64,000 bases of DNA from positions 237,152,001 to 237,216,000 of the forward strand of contig NC_086097.1 of the NCBI RefSeq assembly GCF_963921235.1, written 5' to 3'. Source of the DNA: Mobula hypostoma. Lineage: Eukaryota. The notes under the pieces are model-generated. The model saw nothing but the letters and a program-made list of their open reading frames with translations, did not search any database and was not told the origin of the DNA. A program made the translations under genes and the position numbers. This document shows, piece after piece, positions 53,711-64,000 of the stretch. The stretch's first letter is position 1; every line of letters starts with the position of its first letter.

Positions 53711-54332
53711 AGCTTGTTAAAAATACAAATGATTAAAAATACAAATAATGTCAGGAAAAAAAAAACATGATTTTAGTCTTGCATTAATTCAACCGATATC
53801 CTCTAAAAATATAAAATAACAACCAACTCCAACACTGCTTATGAGCTGGGTTGATAATCAGGTGTTGTTAGGTGAGGCAAAAATCAGTGAATCTTTCTGA
53901 CCCTGATTTCATAGCTGCCACCAAAATTACTCTCTTGTAGAAGTGAGTAGGTACTACATGGGATACACCAACGACTACAAAATCAGACTGGAAGTAATTC
54001 ATCTTTGCCCTGAGATTAGCTCGCTTTCTCAGAACTAACAGCAGCTAGAATTGGGCATTCACTTGAAACCAGATGACTATACAGGCCATTCCATGGTGGA
54101 ATATGTTAATGGCACTCACTAACAAGACTTCAGGTCTTTTGTAAATAAAATAGATTTGCTTCGCTGAATAATTCCTCAGGTGCTTATAACTTTTTCTGTT
54201 AAGCACTATTTCTTTCTAACTACTATTTCAGCCCTTCGTGGGATGGGAACACAGCAACAGAATTCAGCAGCACACTAAATGGGGGAGGAACTCAGCAGGT
54301 CAGGTAGCATCTATGGAAATAAATAGATAAAT

Positions 54333-55104
54333 AGAGATCGTTAAGAGCACCAAATTTCTTGGTGTTCACCTGGCGGAGAATCTCACTTGTTCCCTCAACA
54401 CCAGCTCCAGAGCAAAGAAAGCCCAGCAGCGTCTCTACTTTCTGTGAAGGCTGAGAAAAGTCCATTTCCACCACCCCCATCCTCACCACATTCTACAGAG
54501 GTTGTATTGAGAGCATCCTGAGCAGCTGCATCACTGCTTGGTTCGGAAATTGTACCATCTCGGATCGCAAGACCCTGCTGTGGACAGTGAGGTCAGCTGA
54601 GAAGATCATTGGGGTCTCTCTTCCCGCCATCACAGACATCTACACCACACGCTGCATCCACAAAGCAAACAGCATTGTGAAGGACCCCACGCACCCCTCA
54701 TATGAACTCTTCTCCCTCCTGCCATCTGGAAAAAGGCACCAAAGCATTCAGGCACTCACGACCAGATTATGTAACGGTTTCTTTCTCCAAGCCATCAGAC
54801 TCCTCAATACCCAGAGCCTGGACTGACAACAACCTACTATACCCTCTACTGTGCCTACTGCCTTGTGTATTATTTATTATTATTTATTGTAGTGCCTGCA
54901 CTGTTTTGTGCACTTTATGCAGTCCTGGATAGGTCTGCAGTCTAGTGTAGTTTTTGTGTTTTTTTCTTACATAGTTCAGTGTAGTTTTTGTATTGTTTCA
55001 TGTAGCACCATGGTCCTGGAAAACATTGTCTCATTTTTACTATGTTCTGTACCAGCAGTTATGGTTGAAATGACAATAAAAAGTGATTTGACTTGACTTG
55101 ACCT
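54333..55104 (+). mobile_element. Rex/L2-like 3' fragment inserted into a minus-strand PLE end (about 54283-55345)
   Basis: TKFLGVHL, FYRGCIESILSSCI and KDPTHPSY..FSLLPSG motifs, (tgact)n tail; PLE arm sequence continues on both sides. Confidence 0.85.
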
Positions 55105-55365
55105 GATAGTCAATGTTCTGGGCCGAGACCCTTCTTTACGACTGAGAAGGAAAGGCGAAGATGTCAAAATAAAACAGTGCGCGGAGGGAAAAGAGACTAG
55201 CTGGAAGGAGATAGATGAAGATAGGTGGGTGGATAAGGTCAAGGGCTGGAGAAGAAGGAATCTGATAGGAGAGGAGAGTGGACCATAGGAGAAAGGGAAG
55301 GAGGAGAGGACAGGTGAGAAGAGGTAACAGGTCAGAATGGGGAATTCATCCCCTTCTGTCTAGAT

Positions 55366-55444
55366 CAGGGGTTCCCATCCTGGGGTCCAGAGACCCTTGG
55401 TTAATGGTAAGGGTCCATGGCGTAAAAAAAGTTGGGAACACCTG
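55366..55444. mobile_element. Mini hAT (Charlie-like) MITE
   Basis: caggggttccca...tgggaacacctg TIRs; 8-bp TSD gtctagat/gtctagag (nTCTAGAn). Confidence 0.8.
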
Positions 55445-56074
55445 GTCTAGAGACAATTCCCCCATGAGCGCAATAACCATTTCTTGTATGATATTACCTT
55501 CTGTCTTTCTTATCTATCCAATTCATTTTTCTTCAGAATTTGTCAATGGTCAATACAGAGGTTAAACTGAAGAGTACTACACCAGCTGAAATCCTTCGGG
55601 GAAACTTCATGCTTGCGGAATTTCATTTATAAAAGTAATTTCAGTTTGCTGCCTTTAACTACAGAGGGAACTATGAATTATACCTCACAGCAAATGGATC
55701 TAGTTTATTCAAACTTAATTTCGAATGAAGCACTCTACAATTGAAGGCCACATCCTCACATTTGTATTCCAGGTCCTTAAAGACCACCATTTAATTTCCC
55801 TTTTTGATGGACTAGACTGTCTTGGACCTCGCCAGTTGCCCAGACGCGCTGCCTATGATCTTCATTCAACCACCCATTTATCCAGATGCAAAAGGTTGAA
55901 TGAAGAGATCACCAACATCTGACAGACATCCAATGAGACTGAATGGTCCCGAAGGTGATGTAATACTGAGGTTGCAAACCTGGAACACTCTAACAGTCTT
56001 TTACAGGTCACTTGCAGCTTTCAGATGCTTCTGAAAACCCAGAAAAATAAGTGAAATACAAACATGTATATTCA

Positions 56075-56540
56075 TGGAGTACTACAGCAATGAAACTAGC
56101 CCTTTGGCCCATCTAGTCTATGCCGATCTAGTCTCCTGCTTAGGCCCATCTACTTGCACTGAGACCATAGCTCTCCAAATCTCTTCCACCCATGTACCGA
56201 TACAGACTTTTAAAAATTTCATCTGAACCCATGTCTACCACTTCCTCTGGCAGCTCATTCCACATTCACATCACTCTCTGAGTGAAGAAGATCCCCTTCA
56301 GATTCCCCTTAAATATTTCACCGTTCACCCAAAACCTATGACCTATTCTCACCCAGTTCTATTCTCACCCAGCCTGAGGAGAAGAAGCCTGCATACATTT
56401 ATTCTGCCTATACCCATCATAATTTTGCACTTATTTAAGATCTCTTCTAGATTGTCCTGGCTGTAGTGAATAAAGTCCTAACCTATTCAAACCTTTTACT
56501 GGAACCCAAGTCCTGCCAATGTACTTGTAAATTTTCTCTG
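56075..56540 (-). mobile_element. CR1 3' fragment
   Basis: Similar to the CR1 3' ends at 35-500 and 17945-18430. Confidence 0.75.
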
Positions 56541-58639
56541 CAGACTTACAGGTTTATTAAAATAAACTTTGAATAATAAATTTACTATTTAAAATGCATG
56601 TTAAGCATTTAAAAATTAAAGGATGTTAAAATACTAACAAACTCCTTGAAGTCAGTGGTGGGAATTAAAACTGATCTTGCAGATGGCACTGTAGAGAATT
56701 GCACTAACTGCTACACTACGGTACCGTACATATGTAAAACTACTTACATGTTTCATCTTAAACATTAAGTTAGTAATGAACAGCTATGGCTCTGTGCCAA
56801 CACCCTTGCCACAATTATGGATGTACAGTAATTTCCAGACTTGATGTTGATCACAGAATTCGAGGATGACCCTCCAGTGAGGTATTAGTGCACATTCAGC
56901 TGCTGCCTTTCCATCAGTCGTGCATAAAAGGTGGCTTGGTGCTACTATTAAGAAGTTTGGTGCTGATATTTCTGGTGTCCTATTTATTTATCCTACATTC
57001 AAAAAAATCAAGATTATTTATTCATGATTATCCTTGCTGTGGCCTTTTTTCCAATCTGGATGAAGAGTCACAGCACGAAACTTCATCTATTCATTTGCCT
57101 CCATAGATATTGCCTGACCTGCTGAGTTCTTCCAGCATTTTTTGTGTATCACACCAAATCTCCAGCTTCTACACGGCTTTCTTGTGTTTTCGATATCCCT
57201 GTCTTTTCTCATTACAGAAACATTCCAGCCTGGGAAACATCCAAGTTAGTCTCCTCTGCATCCCTCCAGTGTATTTGCTGGCCATGGTGGATTTAAAATA
57301 TGCAAGAAAATGTCAATCTCTAATGGGTTAAGGACAGTGGAGGCAGACAGATCAAATGTCCTTGTTCCTGCCATGTGCTTGTAGATGGAGGCCTGCCATT
57401 TTGTGGAACTGTTTTATATCCTCCATTTTGTGAGATGAAGTTGCTTTGCTTTCTGTGTTTTAAAGTAGACTCAACGATGTTTCAGATAATCTGCTGAACT
57501 AGAGATTGTTCCCAAAGAAGTTATTTGTGAGGCATTCTTTGATATAATATAAAATGCAGGTGTGTGAATGTTGGTGTCCGTGCCTGCCTGGAGTGATTCG
57601 AGCTGATTACTGAAGAGAACAAAGAGCCCTAAATTACCGATTGACACTTGCTGGGAAGAGGGCAATAAATGGATGCTGGCCTGCAGCAGAGCCAATAACA
57701 AGGTGTTAAAGGTCAGACACATTACCTACAGCCTATGACACTGGAATGCAATATTTGAATTAGTAAGGAACAAATATAAAAGTGACAAAGTGGCCATTTC
57801 AAGTTTGCTATCAGTGATAACTCTCTCAAGAGACCCACCATCGCAAGGAAGAAACCCTCATGGCAGAGTCTGGGAGAAGAAAGGATCGATCATCTGGCCA
57901 GTAGAGAGCCCCTATTTTGATGTTATAAATTGGAAAAGTGGACTGAGTGAGTATTGATACAGAGGGAATGGTAGAATTCAAGTTCTAAGCTGTTGGCCTG
58001 GGGTCAACACAGTTACGTTGTTTGCGCAAAGACAATAAAGTACGAGCTCCTTATAATTACGGATTGCGTAGTGAATTTCCTAACCTAGTTCCATTGACAA
58101 ACGATCAACATATTCACACACAGTGCCAAACATAACTGTCCACAATTACTCTTGCTGTGTTCTCACCAATGTTGTACCATAACCCCCATGCTCTTATATT
58201 CTGTGTCCTGGCTAATAAAGGTGGGTATCCCCTTTGCCTTCTTCACCAGCTGATTGACCATGTGCTGCCACTTACTGCACATTGATTTTTGGACTTGCAC
58301 GTTGAGTTGTCTCTGTTCTTCAATACCCCCTTGGGCCCCACCAATCATATATCCTACTCTTACTGGAAATCCCAAAGAGCATCACCTCACACTAAGCAGG
58401 ATTAAATTACGTGTGCCATTACTCTGCTGAACTAACCAACTAATCAATATCATTCTGTAATCTAAGCCTACTGAGGACACATGTCAAGCCTTGTCACTTG
58501 GACACCGAGCTGTTTACTGGTTTCTGCGGGGAGGTAAATATGTGCTTGGTAGTAGGATCCTATTGGAAAGAATGAGGTGCTGAATGAGGAGGCTCAGAGG
58601 GTGATAGGTAAAGCAAGAGGAACTTTCAATTCCCTGGCC

Positions 58640-60180
58640 CTGATCAGCTCATTTTCACCATGGATGTTCAGTCCTTAAACACTTTAATTCCTCATCAAGA
58701 AGGCTTTAAAGCTCTCCACTTCTTTCTTGACAACAGACCCAACCAGTTCTCCTCACCACTACCCTCTGCCATCTGGCGGAAATGATCCTCACCCTCAATA
58801 ATTTCACTTTCCACTCCTCCCACTTTCTCCAAACTCAGGGTGTTGCCATGGGCACCCACATGAGCCCGAGCTATGCCTGCCTTTTCGTCGCCTTGGTGGA
58901 ACAGTCCATGTTCTGAGCTTTCCCTGCTAATGCTTCCCAACCCTTTCTGCACTGCATTGACAACTACATTGGCGCTGCTTCATGTAATCATACTGAGCTC
59001 CTCAATTTCAACAACTTTGCCTTTAACTTACACCCGACCCTCAAATTCACCTGGTCCATTTCTGACCACCTCAATCCTCTTTCTTGATCTCTCTACTTCC
59101 ATCTTTGGAGACAAACTGCCTACTGATATCTTTTATTAGCCCACCAATTCCAAGCCTATATTGACTATACCTCTTCCCATCCTGCCTCCTGTAAAAATGC
59201 CATTCCATTTTCTCAGTTCCTTCGTCTCAGTCACATCTGTTTCCAGAATGAGATTTTCCTTTCCAGAATATCAGCGATGTTTTCTTTCTTCAAAGAACAG
59301 CGTTTCCCTTTTTCCATCATTGATGCTACACTGAATCGTATCTCCTCCATTTCCCGGATATCGTGCTCACCCCATCTTCTCAACACCTTGACAGGAATAT
59401 GATTCCTCTTGTCCTTACCTCCCGCCCTATGAGCCTCCACATTCAGCGTCTCATTGTTTGCAACAGGATCCTGCCACCAAATACATCATTGCCTACCCAC
59501 CTCCTCCACCCCCCACTCTCCACTTTTCTGCAGGGATCACTTCCTCCATGATTCCCTTGTCCATTCATCCTTCCCCACTAATATCTCTCCCTGCAAGCAG
59601 CAGAAGTGCAACATTTGCCCATTCACCTCCTTCCTTGCCTCCATTCAGGGCCAAAACAGTCCATTCCAGTGAGGCAATACAGCACCTTGTGAATCTGCTG
59701 GGGTTATCTAATGTGTCCAGCCTCCTGATTGATCAGACTCGTTGTAAATTGAGGGATTGCTTTGTCAAGCTCTTCTGCATCATCACAAAAAAATATGTAA
59801 TTTCCCAGTGGCCAGCTATTTCCGTTTCTATCCCCATTCATGTAACGGCATGTTGGTCCATGGCCTCCTCTTCTGCCTTGATGAGTCCACTCACAGGTTG
59901 GAGAAGCAACACTCATTCTGTCTAGGTAGCCCCCAATCTGATGGAATGAACATCAATTTCTCTCATTTCTAGTGAATTTTCCCCCTCCCCCTTCCCTCTT
60001 CTTCATTTCCCCACTCTGGCATCTGATTTCTTATCTTCACCTTCCTGTCAACCCCCGACCCATTGCCCCACCTCCTTCCCTTTCTCCCATGATCCACTCT
60101 TCTTTCCTATCAGATTCTTTCTTCTCCAGCCCTTGCCTTTTCCAATTATCACCTCCCTGCTTACTTCTCCTGACTCCCTA
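58640..60180 (+). mobile_element. Penelope-like element remnant (RT, Cys linker, GIY-YIG, 3' UTR)
   Basis: IFTMDVQSL, LTLNNFTFHSSHFLQTQGVAMGTHMSPSYACLF, CIDNYIG (from YIDD), PCKQQKCNICP, eroded GIY-YIG, RLEKQHSFCLGSPQSDGMNINFS. Confidence 0.88.
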
Positions 60181-60280
60181 AAAAAGCTTCTTCTATTCTA
60201 ATGGTATTAGAAGAAAGCAGAGCACAGCCTAAAAAAAAGGTTTATCTCTATTCCGATGGTATTAGAAGAAAACAGAGCAG

Positions 60281-60512
60281 CACACAATGCTGGAGGAACT
60301 CAGTAGGTCATGCACCATCTATAGAGGGGAATAAACAGTCAATATTTTGAGCTGAAACCCTTCATCAGGACTGAAAAATTGTAATGAATAGTCTGAGCCT
60401 GAAACATCAACTGCTTATTCCCCACTATGGATGCCACCTGACCTGCTGAGTTCCTCCAGCACTTTGTCTGAGTTGCCCTGGATTTCTGGCATCCGCAAAA
60501 TCTCTCGTGTTT
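60281..60512. mobile_element. PLE-derived palindrome with opposed degenerate hammerheads
   Basis: Minus cagtcctgatgaagggtttcagctcaaaatattgactg; plus ...gcctgaaacatcaactg. Confidence 0.75.
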
Positions 60513-60604
60513 CGAAGAGGTCAGATCTCAGTACAGTTAAAATGAGGTGTATTGAATATTGGATGCATTGGACTTTAAAGATGTTCAAATGTGATCTGAA
60601 AAAG

Positions 60605-60847
60605 GAGGTGGAGGAGGAGGAGGAGGAACGACGACTCAGACCATGAGAGGCCAGTGTCGAGCATTTTCATGCCTTACCAGGCGCAGATTGGAAGTCTATG
60701 TGGGGCACCACTCCTCGCACAGACTAGAGCAATGTGTGATTAAGAGCCTTGCTCAAGGGCACAAACATGCTGCCACAACTGAGGCTCGAACTAGTGACCT
60801 TTAGATCACTAGACGAACACTTTAACTGCTTGGCCACGTGCCCAACA
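60605..60847 (-). mobile_element. tRNA-derived CORE-like SINE with (TCC)n tail
   Basis: Head gttgggcacgtggccaagcagttaaag...ctagttcgagcc; ccttgagcaaggctcttaa core. Confidence 0.75.
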
Positions 60848-61270
60848 CTAAAGGAGTAAGTGGGTTAAATCACCTTCAAAATACTAGGAAATATGCATTC
60901 GTAATTCTTGCTACATCTTTTGAACAGAGAAACAAGCTAATAACATCAATTTCTAGGAAAGATTTCAAAGTGTAGAAGATAAAAATATGACCAATCTCCA
61001 AAGTCTGAATGTTCTTGGTGAGATAATCTGAAATAGATCAAATTTTTGAAAGAAAAAGAAAATCTGAACCTTAACTGCAAAAAATGAAAGCTGGCAGGTG
61101 TGGTTACCTGATAAAAGGTTTAAACAGTGAGTCTAAATTATGCAATTGCAGTTTTGACAATCCGCAGCTCACTAGCAAGTGATAACTCTTGATTACCACA
61201 TTTTGTATTATGCAAGTGACAATGAACTAATCAAAAGAGAGGCTGGCATTTTACTTTCTGAATATACTTA

Positions 61271-61456
<186 letters not shown>

Positions 61457-61461
61457 TCAAG

Positions 61462-62320
61462 TGTTACGTACCCCGCAACTGGGTTGCCAAACCAGCAGAA
61501 ATGGATCACTGAGCTGGAGTCCGGAGCACCAGAACCAAGAAAGTTTTATTAAAGAAACAAGCAACACAGTAATCGAAAGGATAATAAATGCAACAATTCA
61601 ACAATGATAACCACACATGTGCACAGAATTAAGATAACAGCATCAATCAAGCTCTATCGTTGTCTAGGGGTAAATGACCAATTTCAAAATGACTCAAAGT
61701 TCAGTCCAGTTTGTAGTTCAGTTCGCAGTAATCGTTGCCATGGCGATGGACAAGGTGGGGGAAGAGAGACAGAATAGGAACAACTGATCATTCAGAACAC
61801 TGCTTCACTCACAGACCAGCGAGATGGCTCACAAACAGCTTTTGGGCGGGTCCTTGGTGATGTCACCTGAGGTCACCGACTGTGACCCCTCCTCCAGATG
61901 CGGTCGATCCTCTGCAGTGAACCCGGCACCCAGGCAAGGGCGGACACACACCGGGTTCCCGCTGATCGTACCTTTCCACCCTTGTCGTTGTCTGGCACTT
62001 CTCACCCACTCGTGAGAAGCGCACCGCTTCCAGGGTCTCGTTACCTCGGGTGGCGTGTGTGTCTGTCTTAGCGAACCTGTCCCTTTTTATCCCCCTGCTG
62101 GGGTATCGCCTGTCCATCACTTCAAACAGTTCAGGGTTCAAAGGGGGGAGCCGCTCCAGACAGCTCTTCCTCCCACATCCCTTCATTACACATCTCCAGA
62201 CGCTGCTCCATTGTTCCTTATCTCTCCTTCCCCTGAGGGCAGGTGGCAGACCAACTGCTGATGCCACTGATGCTAGCCCAGGCCAGCAAACATCTTAATT
62301 TTATGTGTATTCTCGTAACA
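61462..62320 (-). mobile_element. Solo LTR (Gypsy-type), 859 bp
   Basis: TGTTACG...CGTAACA termini; perfect 4-bp TSD CAAG at 61458-61 and 62321-24; minus-strand ATAAAA near 62085 and AATAAA near 61548. Confidence 0.9.
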
Positions 62321-63419
62321 CAAGATCCTCGACATCCAAAATTGAAAAGGCAAGTTGGCACCAGCGACCAAAGTAACTAATGCGACATCTTGCAGACAAT
62401 TCTTCACCTAAGCTACTCTTACATTAAAAATATTCTTATATTACTAATCTGTGTGCAATTGGAGCCTGCAATTTACATTTTGATAATGTGTCTTTGGGCC
62501 GATTGGTGTATTTGCTTTCTCCGAGAGAATTCAACGCGGTTGAAAGCGAGGTTGAGAGCAGAGTATGCCTAATGGTGGAGTGCAAACCCATGATCAGCTC
62601 TAATTCTCGACCTACTCGCCGAATAAAGCGTCCAGTAAGATTGAATTCAACGAGGATGAGAACGGAAGACAAGCTGGTGTTCAGTGCACCTTTGTCCCTG
62701 CCTCTCACTCACTGCTGAAGGAGGAAGTTGCAGGAATCTTGGGTCTTGGGCAAGGTTTGATCGGCACAGTTTATGGGTTGGTTTCATTTTTAGAGGATTC
62801 TGAGGTTCACGCAAAATGTGTTTCTGGTTTCTGGTTACTATGGTCTAAGTGCAGGTCAGTGGGAATGGACAGATTAAGTTTGGCATGGACGAGAAGGACC
62901 AAAGGGTTTGTTTCTGGGCTGTAGTGTTCTATGAGTCTATAACCTGTGAATGTACCCTGCATTTTCTGCGATTTTTGAGTATTCCAGCATCCTGTTTTTT
63001 GTTTCAGTATGAATATGAAGCCCAAACAATGCTTTCATATTAAATTAACGGTTCAAAAAGGTTCAAACATTCAAAGTATGTGTGCAGAATACAACTCTGA
63101 AACTTATCTTCTCTGGATAGCCATAAAATACAGAAAACCATAGAAATAGTTGAAAGAAAGACATCCCCAATTGAAAAGAAAAAGAAACAAAATCTTGTAA
63201 ACTCCAAACATCCCCAACCACTCCCTTGCACAAAAACTAACAGATCACGCATATGGAGAAACAAGAGCAAGAACTTCAAACCCCAAACCCCCTGCCTGCC
63301 ATTCTGCAACAAGAAAGAATGGGTGAGAACACTAAAAAAAGCATAGAACTGAAAGAGGCCAATAAGAACTACAGGGCAATCCATAAATCTCAGAATTCCG
63401 ATAACGTCTCCGAGAGCAT

Positions 63420-63615
63420 TGGGAACCAGCGATCCTTCTGAGGGAAGCGACATGAACCAGGAGTCTCTCCAAAGGCAGCGACTTGAATCCAGCAGCCCCC
63501 TGCAGAGGGCAGCAACATGAACAAGCAGCCCCTCTGGGCGAAGCAACAGGGGCCAGAGGCTTTTCCGAGGGCAGCAACTTGAACCGAGCAGCCCCTCCAA
63601 GGGCAGCAACACCAA
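63420..63615. repeat. Degenerate ~31-33-bp minisatellite, about 6 units
   Basis: Repeated unit approximately gaaccagcagcccctcygagggcagcaacwt. Confidence 0.75.
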
Positions 63616-63706
63616 CCATGTAATTACATCAGTAATTATATGCAAACTTACTTGGTTTGCATACTTATTTGTATGCAAAGCAAACTAAGATGAAGCAAAT
63701 GCCTCA

Positions 63707-63919
<213 letters not shown>

Positions 63920-64000
63920 CTAAACAAAGATGCCTCAGAGTAACAGAGGTATGCATAGAACAGTAATGATGAGCTGCTTCTTGACAACAGCTTATTGAAG

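Noticed and set aside
57703..58110. Second solo LTR (tgtt...aataaa...aaca)
   Set aside because: Flanks (aagg/tatt) give no TSD and the terminal repeat is only 4 bp; not supportable.
61824..62298. ORFs inside the GC-rich segment near exon B
   Set aside because: They fall within the solo LTR and have no gag or pol motifs.
63420..63615. CRISPR-like array
   Set aside because: Units are contiguous degenerate tandem repeats with no unique spacers, no cas genes and a vertebrate intron context.
63040..63678. 212-aa ORF, the longest in the track
   Set aside because: Open only because it crosses a minisatellite and a T-rich repeat tail; no domain-like content.

Overview
Vertebrate genomic DNA, very probably from a cartilaginous fish (ray or shark); this is inferred from the repeat landscape (CR1/HER1-type LINEs, HE1-like V-SINEs, Penelope-like elements), not from a search. 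The window lies inside one large gene on the minus strand. Eight internal coding exons, all GT-AG and phase-compatible, splice into an uninterrupted CUB-Sushi-CUB-Sushi segment closely matching CSMD3 as I recall it. The rest is intron crowded with degraded and nested transposable elements: CR1, Rex/L2-like and I/Nimb-like LINEs, Penelope-like elements (PLEs), two tRNA-derived SINE families, Tc1/mariner, Harbinger-like and hAT-like MITEs, and a young Gypsy-type solo LTR. The most notable non-coding signal is roughly 15 loci carrying a minimal type-I hammerhead ribozyme motif (agtc-CTGAYGA-agggtctcggccc-GAAA-cgTC-gact) at PLE ends. Three of these are short (about 130-180 bp) non-coding inserts with their own 13-15 bp target-site duplications, one of them a near-perfect hairpin, which suggests a retrozyme-like non-autonomous family. 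TE family assignments come from motif recognition only, and TE boundaries without TSDs are approximate.
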